Virus record (IMG/VR): IMGVR_UViG_3300042867_001113
Strand: one strand, 5' to 3'
Length of the DNA stretch: 64,000 bases
Origin: a virus
The notes under the pieces are model-generated. The model did not search any database. It was given only the letters and a program-made list of their open reading frames with translations, and was not told the DNA's origin. Positions 44,017 through 54,080 of the stretch are shown here, one piece after another. The translations under genes and the position numbers were made by a program. Position 1 is the first letter of the stretch; each line of letters starts with the position of its first letter.

Positions 44017-44211
44017 TCAGGTTCCCGGCCATCCGCCAGCGCTCTCAAACGACTCGTCAAAAGCCGCCGATGGTGTGGCGAACCCGGTGTACGTCCGCCA
44101 GTAGTCGGCTGGGTAGGTACCCGGCCATCCACCAGAAAACTCAAACGACTCCACGAATGGAGGCGCAGGGTCACGAGACGGTGTAAAACTGTTGATGAAG
44201 CCTGGGCGCAT
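44017..44211 (-). CDS. small repeat peptide
   Basis: MRPGFINSF start; ESFE..GGWPGT occurs twice; GAGG RBS. Confidence 0.75.
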   Translation of the reverse strand: MRPGFINSFTPSRDPAPPFVESFEFSGGWPGTYPADYWRTYTGFATPSAAFDESFESAGGWPGT

Positions 44212-44251
44212 AGGTCGTCCTCTTAGTCGGGTACACCAAAACTGACAGGGA

Positions 44252-45031
44252 TCACTGCGCGTCTACGACGAGGGCCTCAAAAGCATCGATGTAGCTCGAA
44301 GCAGGGTTGCTGGTGTCTGAGGATCCGTTCGTGTTTGACGCCCACGCCGTGAAGCCACAGCGCGTTGTTCCCGTAGGCGGGTTGTAGACGGGGTCGGTGA
44401 CCAGCACGTCGACGGTATGCACGAGTGTCCAAGTGACGACGCCGAACCCGTCCGCCACCCCGGTGTACACGTCCAAGCGGTCTTTCGCGGATCCGACCGG
44501 CACGATGTCCAACCGGATGGCGTACCAGATGTCCTCGACGAACGTGCCTGATATGACGGTGTCTGGGAAACTGCCGTTTACGGCACCGGCTGGTGTTCGC
44601 TTGCACAGGCGCAATCCGACGGCGGCAGCGCTGCCGCCTCCAGCTCCATCCCACGATGTCGCTCGACCAAGCACAAGATGGTAGCCGCCGGAGGTCACGC
44701 TGGCAGGTGTACGCCCGCTGACCCCGATCACAGACAGCGTCACAGCAGCGCCGGGGACGACCGATGGTTTGACCCGGACCCACGCGCGAAGCGAGACGGC
44801 CTTCGTCAGTGGAGTCCCGACGAATGCTCCCGATGAAGTTGCGGCGTTGATGCGCCCGACCCAACACTTTCCGGTTGCTCCGCTTCCTGATGGAAGCATC
44901 CGGTACTCGCGCCCGTAGGCTCCGTGAAACGTGAGCGGGTTCGACAGGCTCACATGCGTGATGGGGACACCGTCGGTGCCCCCGATGGGCAGCGAACCAA
45001 AGCTGAAGAAGTCGAAGTCAGCCTGAGCCAT
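44252..45031 (-). CDS. putative virion beta-sandwich (ConA-like) protein
   Basis: Paralog of 43324..43989; TGATG coupling to the upstream peptide. Confidence 0.7.
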   Translation of the reverse strand: MAQADFDFFSFGSLPIGGTDGVPITHVSLSNPLTFHGAYGREYRMLPSGSGATGKCWVGRINAATSSGAFVGTPLTKAVSLRAWVRVKPSVVPGAAVTLSVIGVSGRTPASVTSGGYHLVLGRATSWDGAGGGSAAAVGLRLCKRTPAGAVNGSFPDTVISGTFVEDIWYAIRLDIVPVGSAKDRLDVYTGVADGFGVVTWTLVHTVDVLVTDPVYNPPTGTTRCGFTAWASNTNGSSDTSNPASSYIDAFEALVVDAQ

Positions 45032-45309
45032 CAGACACCATCCCATCCAGAGTCAAACTCTTCGAGAAAAGAAGCAGAAGGAGCAGCGAAGTTGGGCGTG
45101 GGAACGGTGTTGGCAACAGTGCCTTCCCATCCGCCAGCGAACTCGTACTCCTCAGGAAAAGAGGCTGAAGGAGCATCGAAGTTCGGCGTGGGGACGGTGT
45201 TGGCGACCGTCCCTTCCCACAAGCCAGAAAACTCGAACTCCTCAAGCAGAGAGGGCGCGTCGCGAGCGCGACGAGACGTCTGGAAGCTATTGATGCATCC
45301 GGGGCGCAT
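45031..45309 (-). CDS. small repeat peptide
   Basis: MRPGCINSF start; EE(F/Y)(E/D)..GxW(E/D)G-type motif occurs three times; AGGAG RBS. Confidence 0.8.
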   Translation of the reverse strand: MRPGCINSFQTSRRARDAPSLLEEFEFSGLWEGTVANTVPTPNFDAPSASFPEEYEFAGGWEGTVANTVPTPNFAAPSASFLEEFDSGWDGV

Positions 45310-45327
45310 GGTGCTCCTGAAGTTGGT

Positions 45328-45555
45328 TCAAGGTGACGACGTGAACGCTTGCGTCACGGGCGCTGCTGTGATCGTGTTCTTCACCTTGACGTTGTACGGA
45401 ATCAGCGCAGAGTTGCTGTACGCAAGCTGGCCGTAGACCAAGAACGTGTTGGCAACGCCGTTGATTGCGTACCCTGTCCCCGTGCCTGCTGTCGCACCGC
45501 CTGAAGCGACGGAAAGGGAGGCGTTGCTGCCCCCCCCCCGATAACGCGCCAGCAA
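45328..45555 (-). other. fibre-like open frame in phase with the upstream gene, containing a G10 tract
   Basis: Same frame as 45565..48837 with only its TGA in between; C10 at 45530-45539. Confidence 0.5.
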
Positions 45556-45564
45556 TGAACCTAG

Positions 45565-48500
45565 TCAAACAATGCTCCCGGAAGCGTTGACCCACGCGGA
45601 GCCGCTCCACCAGATCGGGAGCCCGAGCGTCGTATCAAAATACGTTCGTCCGACGTCTCCTGCCACCAGTCCAGCAGGCCGCGAACCCGCTGCGCCCGCC
45701 AGCACTCCGATAGACGCGAGCGTGATGGTCCCGGCACCGTTTGTGACGCTGATACCAGTACCCGCCGTGAGCACCGCAGGCGTGAAGTTGGTGCCATTAC
45801 CAATCGGGATCGCGCCGTTCGCGGGTGCCGCCGCGAGCAGGCCGAGCGCGCCGACCTTGTCGAGCGCCGAACCGACCGTGGAGGGATCAGGGTCGAGCCA
45901 GTTTGCACCCGTCGTCGGCGTGTACGCGAGCGAGCGCGAGTCGTCGAGCAAGTCGTAGGCGACGAGCGCGGTGACGGTGTACGTCGTCCCGGCAGCGGGG
46001 TTCGCGGTGATGGTGTACGTCGTTCCGGCAGCCGGATTCGTCGTCCACGCAGCAGACACCGTGATGGTGTTCGCGGTGTTGGACAAGACGGTACGAGTCT
46101 GCCCCGACCCCGTACCGCCTGTCAGCGTGATGGTGCAGCCAGCCCATTGATTGACCGTCCACGCAGCAGCAGAGTTCGTGAGCGTCGTTGGCCCGCCCGC
46201 CGTTGCTGTGCCCGAACTCGTCGTCCACGCAGGCGTCACCGTGATGGCAGTCGCGGTGTTGGAGACGACCGTGCGCGTCTGCCCCACTCCGGTTCCCCCC
46301 GTCAACGTGATCGTGCCGCCCGCCCATTGGTTGGTCGTGAACGCCTTGCTGGTGTCCGTGATCGTCGTAGCTGCGCCCGACGTTGCCGTCCCCGAGCTTG
46401 TCGGGATGTTCAGTGTGCGCGCAGTGAGCACGCCCGATGTGTTTCGGCTGAACGCGAGCGTCGTGTACGACGTCGAGTCCATCTTGTAGCGAGCGCCGCC
46501 CGAAGAAGAGCCGATCTGGTACTGCGAAGCCGGGATTCCCGTACCCGAATACACGCGGAACTGGTCGACGACCATTCCGAGGTAGGACGTAGACGTCGAT
46601 CCGGTGACAGCGCCGTTGTCGACGGTGCCGAGCATCGTTCGATCAATGTCGTAGATGCGGCAACCGTCAATCTCACCGATGGTCAAACGCGGGCCGAGGG
46701 CCGCGCCAAGGGTCGAGTTGTGCGTCTTGAGCGTGATCACGCCTGTGGGTGTTTTGTTCGTTGTACCGATCAGCGAGTAGATGGTGCTGTTGGCAACCGG
46801 CGTCGTCGCCCACGGTGCCGAGATCGTCAGCGCGGTCGCCGTGTTGGAGACGACCGTGGCGGTCTGACCCGCACCCGTACCTGCGGTCAACGTGACCGTA
46901 GCACCCGCGTACTGGTTGACCGTCCACGCCTTCGTCGTGTCCTGCAACGTCGTGCTGCTTTGCGTGCCTGTGGCTTGTCCGGTGCCGAGGTTCCACGTCG
47001 ACGGCGTGGAGACATAGGCGTAAGGCACGGCGCCGAGATAGGTACGAGCGGTGCTCGCCGACTCGCCGATGGTGCAGCCGTCGATCTCGATGACGCACGT
47101 CGGAAGGCCGTTCGTCGTCGGGATTGTGTAGGCGGTCGCGATAACCTGACCACCGATCAAGTTGGCCCGGTTCGCGTAGAAGTTGAACTGCCCGTAGTTG
47201 GCATCCCAGTTTTGTCCGAGGTTCGATCCGGGGAAAGTCGGTTCGTTGAACAAGAGAGTGCTCAGGCCCGTGACCAACAGCGGATCTGAGGTCGCGTCGG
47301 CCTCGACACCGCCCCCGACAGCCCCTGTGATCTCAAACGTCGTCAGCGCGCCCGCATTAGTCCACGGCGCAGGGAACAGAGCCTTCAACGCTTCCATGTT
47401 GGAAGAAGGGAAGTCTGCGCGCACGGCGGCGAGCGTTACGTTGCCGATGATCTGAACACCGTTGCCGATAAGCTGCACTCGCGCCCGCTTGAAGCCGAGT
47501 GTCACGTCACCGACGTAGCGCCCCGTCGCAAGCTGGAAGATCAGCTTCTCGGTGACGAACTGATTTACTTGCCCGACTTCATACGTCGTGCTGCCTGAAA
47601 CAGGGGTCGTCGTCCACGCAGACGAAATCGTCAGCGTGTTCGCAGTATTAGACACGACCGTAGCGGTCTGACCGGAACCTGTACCGCCAGTCAGTCGAAC
47701 GGTGCCGCCTGCCCATTGATTGATCGTCCATGAAGCCGACGTATTCTGAAGCGTCGTGCTGCTCTGCGTACCAAGCGCGGTCCCAGACACATAGGGCAGC
47801 GACGTGACCTGCGAATAGGCGTAGTTGATGCTCGCATAGGGCTTGCCGAGCGTTCCACCTGCGGGGGTATCAGTGCCGTTGGTGGGATCGACGTAGACGG
47901 TAAGCGCCCCGGCGAAAACTGCGCCACCCGACGGCGCCGCCGACGTCCAGCCGCCCGCACCGTCTGATGTCAGGACGTTTCCAAGCGACCCGGGCGCGGT
48001 AATGCCTGTGCCGCCGCTGCCGACGGGGAGCGTGCCCGAGACGTCCGTCGCGAGTGCCACGGAACCCCACGCCGGGGCTGAACCCGTCGAGCGCAGGACA
48101 GTGTTCGCTGCGCCGACGCCGAGGCTCACATTATCAGTGCCGTCGAAGTAGATCGTATCGCCCGCAACGCTCGTTGGAGCGAGTGCGTCGAACGCTTCTG
48201 TCTTTGTCGTCTGTCCCGTGCCACCGCTGGCTATGGCGACGGTGCCCGTCACGTTCGCCGCGTTGCCGCTGATATTGCCGCTGACGTCAGCACCGGGGAT
48301 CGTGGCCGACGCCGTGAAGGCGCTGGCCCCGCTGCCCTTGACGTATCCGGTCAGCGTCGTGGCACCCGTACCACCGTTGGCGACACCGACGGTGCCGAGG
48401 CTGATAGCTGGTGTGGCGCCACCGCTCGAAGACAACGGCAACGAGGCGGTCACCGAGGTGACGCCACCACCTCCTCCTCCTCCGATTCCAACCCAGACAG

Positions 48501-48837
48501 TGCCATTCCAAGCAAACTGCTGAAGGATGTCGATGACGAGGCGAGTGTCGCCGAGACGGTTGTTCAGCAGCGGAAGAGCGACAGTTGTTGGCACTGCGGG
48601 ACGCCCGTTGAGACCAAGAGGCCAGACCGGCACCAGTTCCCCTGACGACTCGTAGGCTTCGAGGTCAATGTCGACGGCGACTTTTCCTTGGGCAAGGTAC
48701 TCTTGCAGCCCAACCATGTCCCCCATCTCGGCAGGAGTGCGCTTGATGGTCGCGGTTTCACCCGGGGACAGCTCTGTGTAGAGGTCACGCATCCAGAGAT
48801 TCCCCGAAGAGACGTTGGTGATGCGCAGAATGGACAT
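45565..48837 (-). CDS. long fibre/decoration protein
   Basis: 1090 aa; MSILRITN anchor domain, GGTG repeats, four W..NQ(W/Y)AG..GTG.GQT repeats, FDTTLG.PIWW C-terminus. Confidence 0.85.
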   Translation of the reverse strand: MSILRITNVSSGNLWMRDLYTELSPGETATIKRTPAEMGDMVGLQEYLAQGKVAVDIDLEAYESSGELVPVWPLGLNGRPAVPTTVALPLLNNRLGDTRLVIDILQQFAWNGTVWVGIGGGGGGGVTSVTASLPLSSSGGATPAISLGTVGVANGGTGATTLTGYVKGSGASAFTASATIPGADVSGNISGNAANVTGTVAIASGGTGQTTKTEAFDALAPTSVAGDTIYFDGTDNVSLGVGAANTVLRSTGSAPAWGSVALATDVSGTLPVGSGGTGITAPGSLGNVLTSDGAGGWTSAAPSGGAVFAGALTVYVDPTNGTDTPAGGTLGKPYASINYAYSQVTSLPYVSGTALGTQSSTTLQNTSASWTINQWAGGTVRLTGGTGSGQTATVVSNTANTLTISSAWTTTPVSGSTTYEVGQVNQFVTEKLIFQLATGRYVGDVTLGFKRARVQLIGNGVQIIGNVTLAAVRADFPSSNMEALKALFPAPWTNAGALTTFEITGAVGGGVEADATSDPLLVTGLSTLLFNEPTFPGSNLGQNWDANYGQFNFYANRANLIGGQVIATAYTIPTTNGLPTCVIEIDGCTIGESASTARTYLGAVPYAYVSTPSTWNLGTGQATGTQSSTTLQDTTKAWTVNQYAGATVTLTAGTGAGQTATVVSNTATALTISAPWATTPVANSTIYSLIGTTNKTPTGVITLKTHNSTLGAALGPRLTIGEIDGCRIYDIDRTMLGTVDNGAVTGSTSTSYLGMVVDQFRVYSGTGIPASQYQIGSSSGGARYKMDSTSYTTLAFSRNTSGVLTARTLNIPTSSGTATSGAATTITDTSKAFTTNQWAGGTITLTGGTGVGQTRTVVSNTATAITVTPAWTTSSGTATAGGPTTLTNSAAAWTVNQWAGCTITLTGGTGSGQTRTVLSNTANTITVSAAWTTNPAAGTTYTITANPAAGTTYTVTALVAYDLLDDSRSLAYTPTTGANWLDPDPSTVGSALDKVGALGLLAAAPANGAIPIGNGTNFTPAVLTAGTGISVTNGAGTITLASIGVLAGAAGSRPAGLVAGDVGRTYFDTTLGLPIWWSGSAWVNASGSIV

Positions 48838-48899
48838 GCGTGCCTCAGTTCAAAGTTTGAGCAGGTGAGCAGGTGTCAGACGTCTTCGCGGTGTGCAAG

Positions 48900-49103
48900 T
48901 CAACCGAGAGGTGGCCAGAGACCCGCGTCGATGTTCGACTGAGCATTCTCTTCAGCCCACGCTTGCGCTTCGTCCTTCGACGACCAAAGCGCCCCGCTGT
49001 TGGGATTGTACGGTTGCCAGACGACAGCCGCACCGTTGACATAGATGCGGACGGCGAAGGGAGAGGAATCTTCGACTTGAATGAAGGTCATTTTCAGCCC
49101 CAA
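48900..49103 (-). CDS. small fibre-associated protein
   Basis: QPYNP.SG..W.S..EA.AW motif. Confidence 0.65.
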   Translation of the reverse strand: MGLKMTFIQVEDSSPFAVRIYVNGAAVVWQPYNPNSGALWSSKDEAQAWAEENAQSNIDAGLWPPLG

Positions 49104-49435
49104 AAGAAGGTGAGTTGCGCGCTGGGCGAAGGAGGCGTGACTGTGTTGGACTGCTTCACCATGGCGGTCGCTGTGACTGGCAGGATATTCCGGCCCGCAA
49201 AGTTGCCCCCCGACACCGTCGAGAATGCTACGGCAGACTCAGGTGCCACGACAAGGGGGACCGGCGTGTTTGAAAACGCGATCCCCACAGCAACGAGTCC
49301 CCACGACACCAGCGACGACGCCGACGTCGTTGCGACGACAGGAGTCACGGGGGCGACCCCGTCGACGTAGGCGGATGCGACGACCGCCGACGTCTGCGTC
49401 AGAGCGGCGACGTAGGTGGTCACCGCCACGGTCAT
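49094..49435 (-). CDS. small virion-associated protein
   Basis: V/T/A/S rich; ATGA overlap. Confidence 0.65.
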   Translation of the reverse strand: MTVAVTTYVAALTQTSAVVASAYVDGVAPVTPVVATTSASSLVSWGLVAVGIAFSNTPVPLVVAPESAVAFSTVSGGNFAGRNILPVTATAMVKQSNTVTPPSPSAQLTFFWG

Positions 49436-51387
49436 GTGGGCACCGCGAGGACGGACAGGAGGCCGGTGCCGAAGACGCTGATCGGAACGAGCGTGTCAGC
49501 ACTGGTGCTCGTCGTGATCACTGTCGAGGGACTGCCCGAGAAGTCGAAGTTGGTCGTGTCTCGCGTCAGCGTCACGCTGAGAGCGACGCGAGCCCCCGCC
49601 GTGTCGTAGGCGTTGACGACGACACTCGACGAGATCGTGGCGCCCGTGTAGGTATAGGCCGAGGACAGGAAGCTGACGGTGATGTTCGTCGCCGCGCCCG
49701 ACGGCTCGTAGACGTAGAGGCTCTGCGACAGGTACCCAGTGGGGTAGCCGGGGGCATACGAGCCGATGTCGGTCGCCCACACGCGCCCCTGCGTGTCAAC
49801 GCCGACGTCCTGCGTCTGAAGCGACTGATTGCTCTGGAACGTCCAGTTCGTCGACGAGTTCCAAGCGTAGAACGTGATCTTGTCGTCGTAGACCACGGCG
49901 AGGCGCTTCTGCGTCGAGTCCACTGGCATGAACGAGCGCACGCGGCCAGCGACGCCGAGTTCCAGCTTCTGCAAGAAGGTCGCTACCGTCTTACTGTCGA
50001 GGCGCCAGAGGTACAGGTTGATGGCCGTCGTTGGAACCGACGATGTGGTTCCCGGCTCGTACACACCCACACAGAGATAGTTCGTGCCGCTGTCGACAAA
50101 CGTCCATGCACGCACGTTTCGGTTTGTAGTCCCCGGTGGTGCGACACCGACGACTGCGCTGGTGTCGAGGTTCAGCGTCTGGTACGCGGTCATCGTCTGC
50201 GTGCCCGCGCCTGTCGTCGTCAGGTCGATGTATGTACCGGCGACGGCGTTGGCGTAGGACGTGGCGATGCGCGACGTCGAAGCCGTTATGCGGATCGTCC
50301 AGTAGTTCGTGGCCAGCGCGAGCGGCGCAGGCAGGGCACTCGACGTCGTGAAGCGGACACGCGAGAAGTTTGGCACGTCGGCTGACGTCGTCACCCAGTC
50401 GTTCACCGTGTCCACGCCAGCGGGGGACGTGATCGTGTACGCGGTGGAGGATGCTCCGATGGTCGGTGTGCTGGCGAGGTTGCTCACCGAACCGATCCAC
50501 ACGTTGAGCCCAGTCGCGGACAGCGTTGGGTAGTAGAAGTAGAAGGACGATCCCGGCGTCTCCACGATTGCGTTTGACGGGTAGCAAAGCGCCAAGTTGA
50601 GGAAGCTGCTCTCAATCGCTGGCGGCGTGAAGGACGAAATCCAGTTTGCAGCCAACGTCGTCAGCACGCCCGTGTTCCGGTTCGTAATGTACGCAGAGAC
50701 GGAACTGTTTGTGTCAACAGTGCTGGCTGTGTCAAATGGCGTACCAGCGACCATGACCCAATCGGTGCCGATATACGGCATCGTCGGGTAGCGATTCATG
50801 TTGCCACTGGCCGTCCACACGCCCGCCTCGGTCAGCGTGCCCCAGATGGCTGCCGCCGATGTCAGGCGTACAAAATATGACGCCGCGTTCATCGTGATCC
50901 ATCGCGAGTTTTGCGACGGCAGGAACAGGTAACCCGGCATGGTGAGATTGGCGTTGATGGCTGCCGTCGTGCTGATGCCGCCCGCGTCTATGACGCGAAA
51001 GTTGTTGTCAAATGAAGACAGGGTTCCTTGCCCGTTGGAGCCAGAGACTCCGTAGTAGCGGGCCTGCGACGCCGAGTAGACGAAGCTGGTGCTCTCGATG
51101 TCTTGGCCGCAAGCAATCTTCGTCGAGTCGAACTGGCCTCCTGCGCCGTTAGCCGGATAGATGCCCGCGCTGGCCCGCACATAGGTTCGTGGCAGACAAA
51201 GCTGACCCACTGCCTGTAGCCCGTAGGCGGTCGGTGACCCCACGGACCCCCAGACCGTCGGGCCTTGCGAGAACGCAATCGGCGCGAGGTTCGTCGGCGT
51301 GAACTCGACGCCCTCGATGAACAGTTTTCCGCCCACCTCGATCACGTTGTTGGCGGAGCTGGAACGGATGTCGCAAAGGTAAGGCAT
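49432..51387 (-). CDS. virion structural / fibre-associated protein
   Basis: 651 aa, beta-rich; VRFTT..ALP.PL...T.Y insert domain. Confidence 0.75.
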   Translation of the reverse strand: MPYLCDIRSSSANNVIEVGGKLFIEGVEFTPTNLAPIAFSQGPTVWGSVGSPTAYGLQAVGQLCLPRTYVRASAGIYPANGAGGQFDSTKIACGQDIESTSFVYSASQARYYGVSGSNGQGTLSSFDNNFRVIDAGGISTTAAINANLTMPGYLFLPSQNSRWITMNAASYFVRLTSAAAIWGTLTEAGVWTASGNMNRYPTMPYIGTDWVMVAGTPFDTASTVDTNSSVSAYITNRNTGVLTTLAANWISSFTPPAIESSFLNLALCYPSNAIVETPGSSFYFYYPTLSATGLNVWIGSVSNLASTPTIGASSTAYTITSPAGVDTVNDWVTTSADVPNFSRVRFTTSSALPAPLALATNYWTIRITASTSRIATSYANAVAGTYIDLTTTGAGTQTMTAYQTLNLDTSAVVGVAPPGTTNRNVRAWTFVDSGTNYLCVGVYEPGTTSSVPTTAINLYLWRLDSKTVATFLQKLELGVAGRVRSFMPVDSTQKRLAVVYDDKITFYAWNSSTNWTFQSNQSLQTQDVGVDTQGRVWATDIGSYAPGYPTGYLSQSLYVYEPSGAATNITVSFLSSAYTYTGATISSSVVVNAYDTAGARVALSVTLTRDTTNFDFSGSPSTVITTSTSADTLVPISVFGTGLLSVLAVPT

Positions 51388-54011
51388 TACTCGTACTCCA
51401 CGAAGACGACGGCGTTACTACCGCCGTTTGCGGTGATGAGGGAGATCGTGAGGTGGTCAGCGGTCAGGACTGACACCGACGGTACAGCGACGTCAAGGGA
51501 ACGATACTGACCTGTCGCGATACTGACAGGGGCGGGCAAGATGCTCACACCGTTTTTGAGCACATCGAACTCGGTGACGCCATCGGCGTGCTCTCCGAGA
51601 GAGGCCCAAGCCCGAGTGACCGTCGACGGACTTGGGGGGTACCAGCGTGCATTTGCTGCAAGCGGGGCATCCAGCACACCGACGAAGTTCCCCACCAGAG
51701 TCTTTGAAGCACCTGCCGCAGCCGCACCCACAATCGTCGAGCCGACACGCTTGAGGTACTGACCGATGGCAATGCTGCCAATCGTGAGGTCGGTGCTGTC
51801 GGTGCGCAGCTTGTGGTCGTGATCACTGCGCGCGAACGTCGAGGCAGAACCCAAGCTGTTGTCTGCGCCGATGCCTTGGATGGGCGCTGCGGTGCCAAGA
51901 GCGTCCGGCCCTGTCGCTGCGTGACGGGCAGCGTGTGTTTCGACAGTGACCCCGTTGTAGGTGCCACCTGTGACGTTGCCGACGTTGAGCGTACCTGCGG
52001 TGACGATGTTGCCCGAGCCATCAATCGTGACGGCTGAGTTCTTGATCAGTTTTCCGGTGGTATCGCTGTACAGGGCCACGGCATTGAGCGTCGAGCTGGC
52101 GGGGCCAAGTACGTTGCCCCCCGAGTCCGTTGGCGCCCACGCCGTGCCGTTCCAGATCAAGGCTTGATTCAGCGTCGGAGCCGTCGCCGTGACCGGGCGT
52201 CCTTGGATGCCATCCACGACGGCGCTGGTGATAGGCCCCACCAAGTCGCCGCCGACGGTGACGGATGCGTTGCCTATCGTTCCTGTGAGTTGCCCTCCGA
52301 CGGCGTTGGCACTGACGTTGATGGCTTGGCTACTGGCCGAGGTGATGCGGCCCTTCGCATCCACCGCGATCTGCGGGATGGTCGTCGTCGAGCCGTAGGT
52401 GTTGGCCGCGACACCACTCGTCGCCAGTCCGAGGGTGACGTTTCCGCCCGCGCCGCCATCGGTCTGCGTGAGTTCGCCCACGGCAGGGGTCAGCACGCGC
52501 TCCCCAGTGAGAGTCGGGTTCGTCGAGAGGACGACGTACTGCGCATCGACAGGAGCCGCGCTGCCTTGTGACGTCGGCAGCCATTGCGCGCCGTCCCAAG
52601 AAAGAACCTGACCGCTCGATGGAGCAGTGGCTGAGAGTGGACGACCTTGCAGGCCATCGACCGTTGCCGATGCGATGGGGCCGACCAAGTCGCCACCCAC
52701 GGTGACACCGCTGGCGTCTATCGCCGCTGTCGTCACACCTGTCGTTCGTCCGTACTGATCGACAGTGACGACTGGAATTGCCGTCGATGAGCCGTAGGTG
52801 CTGGCCGGGTCTGGTACCAAAGGAAGCAGCGCGGGGACCGTTGTGGGCGTCCACGCCAGTCCATCCCATGCGAGCGCCTGTCCCGTGACCGGCAAGGTGG
52901 CTGCGACGGGTCTGCTTTGCAGCCCCGCAACGGTTGACGCCGTCGTCGTGCCCGTCACGTCGCCTGCCAAAGACGGCGTCGCGGTTGTCACGCCCGTCAC
53001 GCGACCAAACTGGTCCACTGTCGGCACTGATATTGAGGTGGCGCTACCGTAGGTTCCAGACGGATCGGGTGCCAGCGGAGAGAGCGCCACGACCGTCAGC
53101 GGGGACCAAGCCAGACCGTCCCATGCGAGCACTTGACCGCTTGAGGGGGCGGTGGCTGCCAGCGGGCGCCCTTGCAGCCCGTCTACTGTCGCTGTTGCGA
53201 TTGGACCGACCAAGTCACCACCAACGGTGATCGTGGTCGCCCCGATAGTCCCGCCCACCTCTCCACCGACAGCGTTGCCGCTGACGTTGAGGGATGCAGT
53301 GGTCACCCCGGTCACTCGACCGTAGAGGTCCACAGTCGGCACAGGAATAGCCGTCGTGCTGCCGTAAGTACCTGCTGGATTGGGTGCGAGAGGGACCAGC
53401 TCGGCGACGGTGGTTGGTGCCCAAGCTGAACCGCTCCACACAAGGGCTTGGCCCGCCGTCGGGGCTGTGGCAGCGACTGCACGGGTCTGGATCTTGGTGA
53501 CCGTGGCCCCGGTGATGGGTCCGGTGAGATCGCCGCCGACCGTGACCGAGGCATTCCCGATCGTACCCGTGAGCTGCCCACCGACAGAATTGGCGCTGAC
53601 GTTGATCGAAGTGGTCGAGGCGAGCGTGAGCTGGCCCTTGGTGTTGACAGAGATGACAGGGATAGCGGTGCTGCTGCCGTAGCTGCCTGCGACGACGCCC
53701 GTGGAGTCCAGCTTCGCCGACGTAACCGCGCCGTCGTCGATGGCGGACGTACCAACGGCGTTGGGCGCGATGGTTGGATTCGGGTACGTCCCGGTGAGGG
53801 AGCCTCCCATCGCCGTTGCGATACTGATCGTCGGCGTTACTCCCCCGGACGAATGCAGAGGTTCCGACACTGCGACGGAAGTGACGGCTTCGGTCCCAAC
53901 GATGCTGTTGAGAGACCGGGCTAGAAATTTACCATCGGCAATTGTGCCGATATCAAGCAGCTGTGTGCCTGTGACGTTGATTATCTTCTTAGCAGCAGGT
54001 TGGAATGTCAT
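51387..54011 (-). CDS. repetitive tail-fibre-like protein
   Basis: Repeated YGS.T.IP..VD..GR.T, GGDL.G and GQ.L.W.G..W.P modules. Confidence 0.85.
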   Translation of the reverse strand: MTFQPAAKKIINVTGTQLLDIGTIADGKFLARSLNSIVGTEAVTSVAVSEPLHSSGGVTPTISIATAMGGSLTGTYPNPTIAPNAVGTSAIDDGAVTSAKLDSTGVVAGSYGSSTAIPVISVNTKGQLTLASTTSINVSANSVGGQLTGTIGNASVTVGGDLTGPITGATVTKIQTRAVAATAPTAGQALVWSGSAWAPTTVAELVPLAPNPAGTYGSTTAIPVPTVDLYGRVTGVTTASLNVSGNAVGGEVGGTIGATTITVGGDLVGPIATATVDGLQGRPLAATAPSSGQVLAWDGLAWSPLTVVALSPLAPDPSGTYGSATSISVPTVDQFGRVTGVTTATPSLAGDVTGTTTASTVAGLQSRPVAATLPVTGQALAWDGLAWTPTTVPALLPLVPDPASTYGSSTAIPVVTVDQYGRTTGVTTAAIDASGVTVGGDLVGPIASATVDGLQGRPLSATAPSSGQVLSWDGAQWLPTSQGSAAPVDAQYVVLSTNPTLTGERVLTPAVGELTQTDGGAGGNVTLGLATSGVAANTYGSTTTIPQIAVDAKGRITSASSQAINVSANAVGGQLTGTIGNASVTVGGDLVGPITSAVVDGIQGRPVTATAPTLNQALIWNGTAWAPTDSGGNVLGPASSTLNAVALYSDTTGKLIKNSAVTIDGSGNIVTAGTLNVGNVTGGTYNGVTVETHAARHAATGPDALGTAAPIQGIGADNSLGSASTFARSDHDHKLRTDSTDLTIGSIAIGQYLKRVGSTIVGAAAAGASKTLVGNFVGVLDAPLAANARWYPPSPSTVTRAWASLGEHADGVTEFDVLKNGVSILPAPVSIATGQYRSLDVAVPSVSVLTADHLTISLITANGGSNAVVFVEYE

Positions 54012-54030
54012 CGGTATTCCATGAAGTGAA

Positions 54031-54061
54031 ACAAGGGTGGCCTCCCAGCAGCCACCCTTGT
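54031..54061 (-). terminator. hairpin / probable terminator
   Basis: ACAAGGGTGGC...GCCACCCTTGT. Confidence 0.65.
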
Positions 54062-54080
54062 CTGCTTGCTAACAGTTTTC

